Source: Octopus vulgaris (lineage: Eukaryota). From it: 64,000 nt of DNA. The notes beneath the pieces were generated by a model, which searched no databases, was not told the origin of the DNA, and saw nothing but the letters and a program-made list of their open reading frames with translations. The translations under genes were made by a program, and so were the position numbers. The DNA is taken from NCBI GenBank assembly GCA_951406725.2, contig OX597829.1, forward strand, positions 20,956,001 through 21,020,000. The letters run 5' to 3'. Below are positions 38,108 to 51,460 of this stretch, one piece after another (within the stretch, counting starts at the first letter, position 1; each line of letters starts with the position of its first letter).

Positions 38108-38634
38108 AAACCACTTTGGGAACAGAAACTGTTGACAAGACTATAGACTGTCTAAAAAACAAACATTTCTTTCGTGCTTTTATTATTTCTTTTCATTTTC
38201 TGATTCATTCTTCTTCAATGGTCTACTCAAACCAGAGTTTGTTTTGTTGAGTTTGGCTTGTAATATATATAAATGTAACCATATTCAAACATGCTCAACT
38301 TGATAGAAGTATAGATTATTATTTATTCAAATGTCCACAGCACATAACTTCTATGCATGATTCTGAAGAATCAGTCTTCTTTTGCATCTATAACACCTAA
38401 TATATATCAATGGTTGCACATATTATTGCATAAAATAGTAATACTCAATGAAACAGTTGTATATCAATGAAATAGAAAGACCTGCTTACATTATTCTCCT
38501 GTTATAATTATAAAAAAATCTCTCTGCTCCCACCTCTCTCTTCATATATACATATATATAAGTATGTCTCTTCATATACTTACATATATAAATACGTAAG
38601 TATATTTAAGTATATATAAAAATAAATCTGGTTT

Positions 38635-38691
38635 GTGCCTGATGAAAATGCTTGAGATATTTTTCAATATATATAAAACTATTAGTAGCAC
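38635..38691 (+). ncRNA. Degenerate hammerhead-like motif
   Basis: GTGC-CTGATGA-...-AAAAC-TATTA-GTA-GCAC; G of GAAA lost. Confidence 0.45.
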
Positions 38692-38817
38692 TTAAAGACT
38701 TTAAATAGATAATGTTCTTTAAATAGATAATATTTATCCCTCACTAGACGGAGTACTTTTTTTTGTTGGCTTTTCTATCACGGAATAGTACATGATATAT
38801 ATAAAAGTATATAAAAG

Positions 38818-39170
38818 TAGGCGTGGCTGTGTGGTTCTGGGTTCAGTCCCACTACATGGCATCTTGGGCAAGTGTCTTCTACTTTAGCTTTGGGCAGACG
38901 AAAGCCTTGTGAGTGGATTTGGTAAATGGAAACTGAAAAAAGCCCATCATATATATATTTGTGTGTGTCTGTGTTTTCCCTCCATCATCGCTTGACAACT
39001 GATGTCAGCATGTTTATGTCCCCTGTAACTTAGCAGTTTGGCAAAAGAGACCAATAGAATAAGTACGAGGCTTATAAAGAATAAGTCCTGGGGTTGATTT
39101 ATTTGACTAAAGGCGGTGCTCCAGCATGGTTGCAGTCAAATGACTGAAACAAGTAAAAGAATAAAAGAAT
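38818..39170 (+). mobile_element. SINE family A copy
   Basis: Family consensus with short deletion in head. Confidence 0.85.
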
Positions 39171-39309
39171 ATAAAAATTAATATATAAGCACATATAAAC
39201 TTACACATATATGTATAAATATACACAAAATGATATAATTGTTATGAGAATGACTCAATTATTATTTATTTTTTACATGGATCTATTGTTATCATTGTTG
39301 TTATTATTA

Positions 39310-40418
39310 TTATGATTCATTTCAGCTTTAGCTGTTAAATGGTTCACAGGGAGCAGTCAACAAGCTGACAATGGCCTCTTACTGCTTCTCTCCTGTGCCT
39401 TACACAGACAAGACTTTCCTTAAAATCCTTGATGTACCAAAAACTGCTGTCCTCTATATGACCTCTGACCTTGCATCAATTCCAATTTTATTTACACATT
39501 CCTTAAAACTGATACAAATCCCAATGCTCCAGTCAGTACAGGAATCACAAAAACCTACTATCCCCCACAACTTTCCCAACCTCTCTCCTTCTTGTCACAC
39601 TCTTTATATTTCACTCTACTTTCTCCTGGGATACATATGTGGAGAACTTGGGTCTTTTTTTCTTTCTTGTTGACAGCTACAATGTTTGGTCTTCTTGCCC
39701 CAGTCATTCTATCACACTGAATGGTGAAGTCCCACAAAAGCTTTAATTTGTCATTCTCTAACACCCCTTCTGGCTTCTGCTCATACCATTTAACTGCTCT
39801 GACAAACCTACATTTCTCAGATATCATTCAATGAATATATCTCGCAAAATTATTCACGTCATCTTTTGTACTATCTCAGTGTTTCCTTTTGAACATTCAC
39901 TTACAAGATGGCTGACAGTTTCTCTGTTTGTTCCACACATTCTCCATAATGATGATTCTTTCATTTTGTCAACCTAATATTTAATGTAGTTAGTTCAGAG
40001 AGCCAGCTCTTTGGCACTGCACACCAGAGCTTCAGTGCATCCTTTCAGGTCACTAATACTCAGCCACAACCAACTCTTATCCCAATCAATGCCAACTTTA
40101 TATTGCATGTACTGCTTATGTATAAGTTTGTCCTTCAATTCCTTTACAAGATCTTTTTCTACTCTCTTCTTGCATTCATTTGGTGTCACTGCATCAGCAG
40201 ATTTCAGTGTGGTAACGACTCTTACATTTGACATGATGTTACCCTTTAGATTCTTAAGGTACCAAGCAAGATCATTTTCTTCACTTATGACACAATTTGC
40301 ACAACTTATAAATTCTCTACCTCCTTTCTTTCTTCCAATATAAAATCTTGTAGCATGAGTCCTTGCATGGAGTTCTTTATGCACTGTCACCAATTTCCTA
40401 GTTTTCCATAGTATCATT
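39310..40418 (-). mobile_element. R4/Dong-like non-LTR retrotransposon 3' part
   Basis: RFYIGRKKGGR, LKGCTEALVC, KWYEQKPEGVLENDKLKLLWDFTIQCD...RRPNIV (RLE domain). Confidence 0.8.
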
Positions 40419-40612
40419 AAGGCAGCAAGCTGGCAGAATCATTAACACACCGGGCAAAATGTTTAGCCGCATTTCATCCAGTTTTATGTTCTGAGTTCAA
40501 ATTCTGCCTTTCATCCTTTCAGGATTGATAAGCTAAGTACCAGTTGAGCACTGGAGTCAATGTAAGCCTTACCTCTTACCCAAAACTGTTGGCCTTGAGC
40601 AGAAATTTGAAA
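40418..40612 (+). mobile_element. Degraded SINE with Deu/Nin-like domain
   Basis: aagctggcagaatc...gagttcaaattc..ctttcatccttt. Confidence 0.65.
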
Positions 40613-40673
40613 TTATTATAACTATAATCAACTTATCCACTCCCTCAAAATGGCTGCTCTTGTGGAAAAATTA

Positions 40674-40719
<46 letters not shown>

Positions 40720-40720
<1 letters not shown>

Positions 40721-41262
40721 GAGTGAGAGAGCAGTTCATGCCACCAAAGTGACACTGGGGTAAAATATACGAAGCCCAATATACCCATCATGACTACCTG
40801 TTTGATAAAGGAACACTAGGCACATCCCTCACAGACATATGTGCAAGACATGGTGATCTCGTATTAAGATTAACAATGCATGACCTTGCAGGTGGGGCCC
40901 AGTTAGAATTTTCTTCTGGTCGAGTAGCCCATTCTACTCAAAAGGTTCTTGTATAAGGGTTGTTTAAGGATGTTAAATGAAATACCCATGTTTCCAAAGG
41001 TAAATCATCCAAACCTCTAAGAATCCCTCTCAACAGACGGCTATGATGCTTCCCCACTACTTCTGCTCATGATCAGAGATGCACATATCGTCAGCCATTA
41101 AGGGACATGCTCAACTGGTTAAGGTCAAACAACTGAGAAGCAAATCTGTGGTACTGAGCTGAATATTTGCTGTAGCCCATCTTTTATACCAAGACAAGAC
41201 AATGTACATGATAACACTTCCAATCAGTTAAGATCAGAAGCCATGAGAGCCACTGCCTGGTA
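40720..41262. repeat. Probable interspersed repeat bounded by (ATT)n tracts
   Basis: Higher-GC block sharply delimited by ATT microsatellites; family not assigned. Confidence 0.5.
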
Positions 41263-42521
41263 CTATTATCATTATTATTATTATTATTATTATTATTTCC
41301 ATTTCACTTGTTCTGGCTAATTCTGTAAGAGCAGACAACAACCTGTTCAGAGAGGGTCTTTTTCCACGATACTTAACATCCAAGTATCCATCTCACAATC
41401 CTTGTTGTTTCCAATAAAGCAGTTTTCTAAGCATGTCCTACCATCATGGCAATCCAAATTTTTCCAACAAGTTTCTCAAACCTATTCCTAGTGGCCATAC
41501 AAGTACTGGGATTACAGTTACTTTCTTCACTACCGAACATTCAAGCAATTTCATCATTTTAGTGGCTTGTACTTCTCAAACTTCTATAGCTCTTTGTCAC
41601 CAACATAATAATATTATTTATAGTCTAGACTTGAATTTCTCTTATGTTTATTTGAAAAATAACCATTATATCATTGAAATGGAATTATAAAGAAAGAATA
41701 AACAAACTAATGTAACAAAATATCGCAGCATGACAACTTAGGTAAAAAAAAACAAAAACAGAACAAATTAAACATCAGTACATTTACCGATATTGAAAAA
41801 AATGTGTAAATATATGTGATGTGGGAGTTAGCTTTCTTCTTTATTTCTTAATGTAAGTGATAGTGCATATATATGAATGCAATTCACATGTATGTGTGTG
41901 TGAAAAATAATGTATATATATATATAGGTGCAGGAGTGGCTATGTGGTAAGTAGCTTACCAACCACATGGTTCCGGGTTCAGTCCCACTGCATGGCACTT
42001 TGGGCAAGTGTCTTCAACTATAACCTTACAACTGTAAATTTGTATTGCTTTTGAATCTTTGTCTGAAGAACTATAGATAGGAGATTCTATACATTTTTAA
42101 TTTTACATGTATACTTTTATAACTTCTATCTTGTATTGAAAAATGAGTAACAGGGAATTAAAAATATACCAAATTTTTTTTCTTCTCTTCTTTTGAATTC
42201 ACCGACAAATTTAATTATACAAATATATATATATATATATATTATATACACACACACATACATACAGGGTGCAGTGAATAAATTGTTGTCTAAATTACGC
42301 AAAGATGTAAATAACACTGACATCTCAGTTTAACAGATATATTTACCAAAAAATAATATACTTAGGCAGTTGACTAGCCAGAACGCTAGGCCATGGGCAA
42401 ACAAACAAAAACGAGTAATATCATTGGGTTGGTAACCAATCGGGACTTGAACCTATGTCTTAAAGACTATATATATATATAATATTGTATGTGTGTGTGT
42501 GTGCGCACACACACACATATA

Positions 42522-43808
42522 CAGGGTCCGGTGAATAAACTGTTGTCTAAATTACACAAAAATGAAAATAACACTGACATCTCATTTTAATAGATATATT
42601 TACCGAAGTTATATAAAAATATCTTGAAATACTGAAGAGTAAATCTATTCAATAAAATTGCCATTGGCTTCAACCATGGCCTCCAGAGGTCTTCAGAATC
42701 TCCTGCAACTCTTCTGGATGGTCTCCTTGTTTAAGTTAATGAATGCTGCCATAATCCTTGCCTTCAGTTCATCTTTGGTGTTACAAGGAGTTTTGTTGGT
42801 CTCTCACTCAACTGCGTACCACACATAATAATCAAGGGGGTTGCAGTCTGGGGAGATAGGTGACCAGATATTAGTAGTGATGTGGTCACAGAAATTGTCT
42901 GACAGCCATGACTGGGTCCTCCTGCTTGTGTGGCATGGTGCAGAGTCTTGTTGTTAGGCATAGGGTCTTCCAGCACTCACCCTTTTGACTCAGGGCAGCA
43001 CTACCTAGATGTAGGCCTCTGTGTTGAGTCTGAGGTGTGTGGGAAGATGGAGACATAACGTCATCATCATTAGTGATCACTCCAAACACCATGATGTTGA
43101 CTGGATGTTTGATCTTTATGACTCTCAGTACATGTTTTGGGGACATGGCAAGCCAACTGTTGTTCTGTTGTTCACCATATGATTCTGGCAGAAATTTTTC
43201 TCATCTGAGAAAAACCAAAGCGTGTTTGGTTGGAGGGGATGCTTAAGTTTGTTCAAAAGCTTCGTAGCATGATCATTCCTTTTGTCCTTGATGGCTTGAG
43301 ATAAAAATTGGCCCTTTCTCATCTTGTATGAGGAATACCAAATGTCTTCATGCACTACCTGCCTGAAAAGAAACTCAGACACTCCCATGTCCCTGGCAAT
43401 GGGCCTAATTGACTTGGATGGGACCATTGTCAATCATGGCCTGGATCTCACCAAAAAATTCAGAAGTTCTTTTGTTATTGGAACGAACACAGTGAGTTTT
43501 CTGAGCTGCTGTACCTTCGTAATCATCATTAGATTCATCCAACTCTCTCTGAATCCTCTGCACTTTCCTCAGATTGACACCCAAACACATGGAAATGTTC
43601 ATATTGGAACTCCCGGGATGAATGCGAAGCAGTACAGCATGTCATTTCCAAATTTCTAGCTGAGTGAATTGCGTCATGGTGCTGTTTTTCTCACAGATGG
43701 GGCCCAACTGACCCTACTATACTGTGTACTCAACAAAATCAAAAACAAACAATGCACATGTACGAAATTAAAAATATAAAATGGCGACAATTTACCTATC
43801 GCACACCG
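42522..43808 (-). mobile_element. maT-family (DD37D) Tc1/mariner transposon, transposase pseudogene
   Basis: TA-flanked imperfect TIRs; WFFSDEKNF, IMVFGVI, QQDSAPCHT-(37)-SPDCNPLDYYVW. Confidence 0.88.
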
Positions 43809-44451
43809 TATATATATATTTGAGAGAGATAAATATGAAGGGTGATGGAGCTGAATAGTGATATACTGTGCTTCAGAAGAACCATCCATCTCAGCAGAAT
43901 TGAGGTTCTGCTAAGCCTTCCATGGCAACTCATTTTCTAATACCCACTTTTCCATCAATCTTCTATGTTACCCTATTTCCTTCACTTCAACCTCTACTCA
44001 ACTGTTATCCTCTGTGTCCAACTCATTCTCAATCTCTAATCATGTCACACTATTTTCACTCAGTGCTAGGTTACAAGTATGTACACAAGCCAACATATTT
44101 ACAGAGATACATTTTGGTTGTACTAGATAAGACATGTCTTCCATATATCACTGTTTTCCACACATACAGGTTTGTTCTTCCAGGTGCCAGTGCCACATAA
44201 AAAGCACCCATGCCAGTGCTGCATTAAAGCACCCATGATGGTGGCACACAAAAAGCACCCAGCACACTCTGTTAAGTAATTGACATTAGGAAAGGCATAG
44301 AAACCATGCCACAATAGACAATTGGGGTCTGGAAACCTTCCTGGCTAGCCAGCACCATGTCAAACCGTCCAACCCATGCCAGCATGGTAAGTGGATGTCA
44401 AACAATGATGATGAGGAAATATGTGTGTGCGTGCATATATATATATATATA

Positions 44452-44680
44452 TATCTGTAATATAATATGGGACAATTATTCGCCTGCCATAATGAGACTG
44501 AGTTTTGGATATCAGGGCAGAAAACTGCTCCGGCATCTTGTCAGTTATCAAGGCAATCAAAAAATCTTTTTATTGCCTCAATAACTGATGAGATGCCAGA
44601 GCAGTTTTCTGCCCTCACATCTGAAACTCGGGAGTCTTATAAGGGCAACCAAATAATTGTCACATATTATATTACAGATA
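44452..44680. repeat. Imperfect ~110-bp-arm palindrome
   Basis: tatctgtaatataatatg...catattatattacagata ends, pairing continues to the centre. Confidence 0.93.
44581..44640 (+). ncRNA. Type I hammerhead-ribozyme-like motif
   Basis: ATAA-CTGATGA-GATG...CATC-T-GAAAC-TCGGGA-GTC-TTAT: core boxes intact, stems I-III pairable, one extra base before GAAA. Confidence 0.6.
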
Positions 44681-44751
44681 AATTCCTCTATTTACATAAT
44701 ATCAAGGTCTCATTCATTCTTCTGTTGTCTTACCATTACTATATATATATA

Positions 44752-45155
44752 TAGGTGCAGGTGTGGCTGCACCTATAAGTTTACTTTCCAATCACATGGT
44801 TCCAGACTCAGTCCCACTGTGTGGCATGTCAGGCTAATGTGTTCTTATATAATCTCAGGCCCACCAAAGCCTTGTGAGTGGATTTAGTTGACAGAAACTG
44901 AAAGAAGCCCCTTGTATGTGTGTATGTGTGAGTGTGTGTGCATCTTTGTGTCTGTGTCTCTCCCCCCACCACCACCACCGCTTGACAACTGGTACTGGCG
45001 TGTTTATGTCCCTGTAATTTTGGCAAAAAGACACCAAGAAAATAAGTACCAGGCTTAGAAGAAAAGTTCTGGGAGTCAATTCATTCAACTAAAAATCCCT
45101 TAAGGTGGTGCTCCAGCATGGTCTCAGTTTGATGACAGAAACAAGTAAAAGATAA
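44752..45155 (+). mobile_element. SINE family A copy
   Basis: Full-length match. Confidence 0.85.
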
Positions 45156-45179
45156 AAAATATATGTATATATATGTATT

Positions 45180-45375
45180 CTTTCATTCGTTTAAGTCATT
45201 TGACTGCAGCCATGCTGGAGCACCGCCTTTAGTTGAACAAATCAACCCCAGGACTTATTCTATCAGATCTCTTTTGCCAAACTACTAAATTACAGGGATG
45301 TAAACACACCAACATCGGTTGTCAAGTGATGGTGGAGGAGATAAACACACACACGCACACACACACACACATATG

Positions 45376-45406
<31 letters not shown>

Positions 45407-45545
45407 GATAGGCTTCTTTCAGTTTCCATCTATCAAAGCCATTTATAAGGCTTTGGTTGGCCTGAGGCTATAGTTGAAGACACTTGCCCAAGGTGCCATG
45501 CAGTGGGACTGAACCTGGTACCACATAGCCACTTCTGCACCTATA
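45180..45545 (-). mobile_element. SINE family A copy, tail-to-tail with the previous copy
   Basis: Reverse-complement match. Confidence 0.85.
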
Positions 45546-45914
45546 TATATATATATATAAATAAGTAAATATTCAAATGAATATTTGTAAAGGTATTATT
45601 ATTATCATCATCATCAGTGGTAAATCTAAATAATTGATAAAATGACAATAATATTAGTGGCAGCAAGCAATATTAGCTATGCAATCAATTCACAATTAAT
45701 AGAGGGTACACGAAGCACCAGCTTGCTAGAAAGGAGAGTTGAAATCATCAACTTATCCACCAATGTGTGTGCATGGGTGTATATATGGATATGCATACAT
45801 ACACATGCATGTGTGTGTATATATGGGTATGCGTATATAAGTATATATAAATATATAAACAAGTATACCTATATGTATAAGTATAGATATATGTATGTAT
45901 ATAGATATATGTAA

Positions 45915-45954
<40 letters not shown>

Positions 45955-46007
45955 GTTTAAATATTTGTTGTGCAAGATTTTTTATGTGAAGTCGTGTGTT
46001 GAATCAG

Positions 46008-46179
46008 ATATTGTTATATTTCGGAATGGTCATATTGCCAGGAGTGTGACGAAAGAACTCTGGCCGAAATAAGATTAAGATTAATGTAAAAAATAAATAA
46101 CACTGAAGCAAAATAACACCAAATATATAGTGCGTGTGTTTTTATTGGCTAAACTGGCAATATGACCATTCCGAAATAT

Positions 46180-46187
<8 letters not shown>
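46008..46187. repeat. Perfect 34-bp inverted repeat with 112-bp spacer
   Basis: atattgttatatttcggaatggtcatattgccag / ctggcaatatgaccattccgaaatataacaatat. Confidence 0.95.
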
Positions 46188-46240
<53 letters not shown>

Positions 46241-46270
46241 TATATTTATATATGTGTATCAAGTATATCA

Positions 46271-46320
<50 letters not shown>

Positions 46321-46653
46321 TACTCACATAAATATACATAAGTTTGAGTAAAAGAAGTAAATAAAAATTCCTCTTGTGCATATATATATATTTATGTGTG
46401 TATTATCCATATATGTCTATTATATTTACTTGTGTACAAACACACACACATATATATACTATCTATTTTGCTTTCCTTTTTTTTTTTTCAGTCAATGCAC
46501 TACAGCTATTCTGAGGTACCAGCCAGAAGAGTTTTGGAACAGTACTTTTTTTATTCTTAAGTTTGGTACTTATACTATCTGTCAATTTTGCCAAAGGAAA
46601 TATTTCAAGGAAACATACAAGCCAATATGCTTACAGACATACATTTTGATGTG

Positions 46654-46710
<57 letters not shown>

Positions 46711-47195
46711 GTATATATTGACACATATAGTTATATATATATGTATATATTTATATTTGTATATTTAAATATACATATACTTATATTTACACACACACAT
46801 ATACAAGTATACTTACGTTTACACACAAATATACATGTATACTTATATTTACAAACACATATAAACAGATACCTATCTATATGCCTCGCTTACACTTAAA
46901 CCTGTCATCAAGTCGCACAAAGCCACCTTCTTTAATATTACTCTTCCTCCCAATCGAGGGCTCGCCGGTCCTGGTGCCAGGTAAAAAGCAAGCAGTAAAC
47001 TGTAAAGTGGTTGGTATTAGCGAGGGCATCTAGCCGTAGAAACCATGGCAAAGCAGACAATACAGTCTGGCGCAGTCCTCGGTTTGCCAGCTTCTGTGAA
47101 ACCGTCCAACCTATGCCAGCATGGAAAACAAATTTTGAATGATGATCATGATAATGATGATGATATATTCATTCACACACACACACACACATACT

Positions 47196-47244
<49 letters not shown>

Positions 47245-47493
47245 CTATGCTATATTAATTATAATCTCGATGGGAGTCTGTTTTAATTAATGCGTGAATT
47301 AAAAGTAATGACGATAAGACACATCATGCAACAGGCCTCACAGACTTGTATGTATACACACCCCTTCACTCCGGTAATGCTCTAGCATGTGCACAATTAC
47401 GTACTTTGATGGACAAATTCACCTCATATATTTAGAAATTAATACAAGGAAAAATCTCTGAAAGAAAGTTGATTGAAAATAGTTTTCTCTCAC

Positions 47494-47582
47494 CTGTACC
47501 CTCTGTTAGACGAACGGGGTGGAATTCGAAATACAAAAACTTCGTTCTTGACACAAATGACGCTCTCATATTCCCCGGCCAT
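47494..47582 (-). CDS. NECAP: NECAP exon 1 ([30 protein letters not shown])
   Basis: Hand translation matches the NECAP N-terminus (YESVLCVK...RIPPR.SNRGYR); ATG at 47582; donor AG|GTGAG; 89 nt, phase 2. Confidence 0.96.
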
Positions 47583-48700
47583 GTTGAATTGATAGTGAGG
47601 CCGCTTATACCAACACTGGAGATGTCAAAGGTCGTAAAGAATCAGAGGTCAAATAACTGTGATGAGAAGTACCAGCTTAAGCGTATTAGAAATAATCTTT
47701 TGATAACGGTTGTTGCTATAATTGTAATAGAGTTGATTAATCAATATACATTTTCACATCTTGTGTAAATTTATATGTTGCGCTGCATGTACAGATGTAA
47801 ATTAATATGCCTTACATAATTTATATTTAATTTGAAAGATAGTATTTATTTTCTTTCAGTCCCTCAAATCTTGGTCAGGATTCCTACAATTATCAGTTCT
47901 CCCCTTTCGTCTGTGCAATTGTTGTACTCAAAAATAATGATCATAGGATTTCGTTATTAAGTAGGCGTTTCTTAAGAAGTTTAGGTTAACAAATAGAAAT
48001 TGAAAAGAAAAAAAAGTGATGAATCAATATTAAATTTCTATTTATTTCAAATCAACATATCACCCATGTTGTTGTCCCACTTTCGTATTAAGATAAACTG
48101 CGAGATCCATATCAGTGGCTTTTGATATACTGTACCCCATTTGTCATATTCTCAAATTGGACCTATTTACGCAGACAAAATTTGTCTTATCAATCTACCT
48201 TTCAAAGAACTTCTTTGAGGAAGTGGAGAGATGAACAACGTCCACATTTAGTCGTCTGCTAAGTATTTCCATACTTGGTCGTCTGCATATTTTTAATACG
48301 CGACAGGATTTATTCATCTTAAACTCCACTGCCCGCGTGTTATTTTGGTCAGCCCCACTGGAGCAGACCTGTGATTAGATCCATTTCATTCATGACCAAC
48401 CCGTCTGTCTTTCAGACGCAATAGCTCGATACCTACATTAGTAAACTTGTCCTTTATTATTTTCTAAGACCTTATGATCAAAAGCGTCTCCGCCGTGACC
48501 ATCCTGTTATTCTGTGTATGAAGGACTACATTATCCAATGTGCCCTTTTTATAGGCGGACTTTTATTTCAGAGGCATATTTAGCTGCTATTTGTAGCTTA
48601 TCGAACGACCTTATAACAAGCTCCTTCGTTGGTTCCATGATAAAAGAATTGTTTTTGAACTTAACTGTTCACGTAACTAGCTTTCTTGGCTCCTCCGACA
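47583..48700 (-). promoter_or_regulatory. NECAP 5' UTR / proximal promoter
   Basis: Directly upstream of the ATG; CpGs visibly more frequent than in the gene body; TSS not determinable. Confidence 0.45.
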
Positions 48701-49272
48701 AAGCATAAATACACCAGTTTAATTAATTATACTGGTCACTTCTTTCTTTCATAATAACTCATGTACTGAAGACCATATATATATGCCGCTGTTTATAGGG
48801 ATCCACTACATATCAGATATCACTTCCCCACTTCATTGCTTAAGTGCTTGGGGGGTACCACCGTTACTTATAGAAGTTATATTTGGATTTTGTACTTTCC
48901 TTGAATCTAGTGTTTGTTTTTTTGTTTTTTTTTCTTGTACCTTGCAACACTCCAGTATTAAAGCATCCTTTCTATGTTTTATTCTCTTGTCACAGGTTGA
49001 GGGCTCTTGCAAAGTACCATCTTGCTCACTTTAGTAATTGCTGCCGATATCTCCACCGCTTTTTCCGCCACAAGACCACTTCAGCCAAAATTATTGGTTA
49101 ATGAGCTTTTGTATGCAAGGTGTCTATTTCCTAAAACCTGGGATAGTTTCTTCTAAACCTTAGTTTATTTATTTATTTATTTATTAACATTGTTGCAGGT
49201 GGTATGCTTGTTACGGGGTGTTTCTGCTTGTTTCTTTGTTTTTATACAGACGAGTTGGATTTTTAAACAAGT

Positions 49273-49318
<46 letters not shown>

Positions 49319-50223
49319 GAAAATAATCATTCATTTTATTATTTATTATGTAAAATACGAAACTGTAAATATAATAATATTAATGTAATAATACGCCACG
49401 TATTAGTATATATCTATATATATCTGTTTATTCTAACTTTCGAACAGTAGGATTGAAAAACGAAAAGAGAGTGCAGTATGAAAGTGATAGACGAATGTAA
49501 CTAGAAAGTAATTGACAAGGGCGTACAGGGAAAAGATCAAAAAGTAGTTTAAGGAGAGCGATAGAGCGTGGCGAGCGGAATGTGGGTGACAAGGTTTGGA
49601 AAAAGACAGAGAATTAGAAGTATGTAACGCGTATGAAAGAAAGATTGAGTAGAGAGAGTGGGGAAGTTAAGAGAATGAAAGAAAAATTGGGACATGAAGA
49701 AAAGTTTGTAATGTAATTTGCATCTTTAGTTATCGCATTCTGCCTCTTTCGAAAGCGATTTCGAAACATAATTTGTAAATAAAATAAAATAAAATATAAC
49801 GGTTAATTGAAATTCTTTCCTGTATCCATGAACGCTACGTATTATGTCAATTGTTTTCGTTCAACTATGTACATATATATATATATATATATATATGCAT
49901 GCGTATATGTGTATGTATATAATATGTACTAGTATGTATTTACGCAACAGCTGTAAAAGACAGTCACCTTCATACAAGCGATATCGTCTGTTTCCAATCT
50001 TCTGTGAAAACGCGTCTGACAATTGGAAACAGGTGAGAGGTGTGTGTGTGTGTGTAAATGATAGCAGAAAGGAGTTGCTGTGAGTAACTAAAGACGCAGT
50101 AACGTCAAAAATTCTTAACATTTAAAACGATAAGATTTCTGGTGTGTATTTTGATATTTTGTGCAATGCAGTAGAAGCAATCAAACCACAGAGTGGCAGT
50201 AGCAGAATTAAAATGTGCCCACT

Positions 50224-50299
<76 letters not shown>

Positions 50300-50589
50300 A
50301 GTATATCTATATCTTATATATGAATATACATACACATATACATCAGCATTCACTTAATGTCTATTTTTCCAACCTAGCATGGCTTGGATGGGAATTGATT
50401 TTCAGGCAGGCTTTTATGGCTAGATGCTCTTTCTGTTACCAACCCTCACCTGTTCTTCAAGAAAGATTTATATGTTCCACTGGTCTTGGAAAGCACAGAG
50501 TAACTGGTCATAATGTCAACACAGAATACAAACATCACTACGTCCATATTCTTTCACACACACAATAACCATTTTTAATTTCTTATATG

Positions 50590-51460
50590 TAATACTTGAT
50601 TTAGGTAGAGATTTGTACAAGCCCTTCAACAAAACAAACGAGAAGCCATTGTACCTCAACAGTTTTCTACAACCCACTTATAGTGTCTAAAAACTTTGTA
50701 AATTGTGTAAGTGGGAAGATCTCCAACCTATCCTGCAAGAAAGACATCTTTGATACTATAACAAAGCTTTAGCAACCAATAGATTTAAAAACCACATTAC
50801 TTGTATGCCTAGCTCTAGCACCAACAGCAGGAAGTACTGCTGGAAGCATCTGCTTTATTCTCCCCCTCTCACTTGATGGAAAAATCTGCATGGGTAGGCC
50901 TTCCTTAGATTATTAGTAGATAACCATTTTACACAAAACCATAGACATAGTAAAATTTTCAAATATCTGTTAAATTGTGCCTTGAAAATTTGAAAAATTT
51001 CAAGGCACAATTTAACAGACATGTTCAGCTGCACACCTAACATCAAAAAATTAGTTAATACTCCTAAATTGGGGGGTTGAGCCAAGAGCTCCTATAGGGT
51101 GTACAGTGAAGGCTCAGTGAACAGTCAGTTAAGTACAGAAGCTGTGGTTTACAAAGCATAGGTAGTGCTGACCAACTGTATGTAATACAAGGAACAAAAT
51201 GCCACTTCAAGGCCAGACCGAATAATTCCAAATCCATATTGTCATAACTTTAGCTACATCATATAACATCAACTGAAGGTCGATAAAAAGATTAAGGTTG
51301 TACTTTTATGGAAATAGGAGATGCAAACAACTTGACAAAGGACCAGTTTATAAAACTCATACCATCTTGGTGCTCTTCTGAATTTGAGAAGTAAGGTTTT
51401 CAAATACTATCCGTATAAGCACAAAATTATTTGTGCAACATGATTGTGTCCTTTATTGAA
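50590..51460 (+). mobile_element. Degraded Penelope-like element (RT C-terminus / GIY-YIG)
   Basis: Remnants parallel to those at 52780-54420 and 61620-62800. Confidence 0.5.

Noticed and set aside
42060-42095. ctgaaga motif suggesting another hammerhead
   Set aside because: No GAAA box or stem I/III partner found
45642-46900. Tyr/Ile/His/Thr-rich ORFs
   Set aside because: Translations of (TA)n and (CA)n microsatellites
47469-47768. 99-aa plus-strand ORF over the NECAP start
   Set aside because: Antisense overlap of exon 1, non-ATG start, no recognisable domain
48740-49180. Possible divergent gene or transposon fragment upstream of NECAP
   Set aside because: No recognisable protein motif or consistent exon structure
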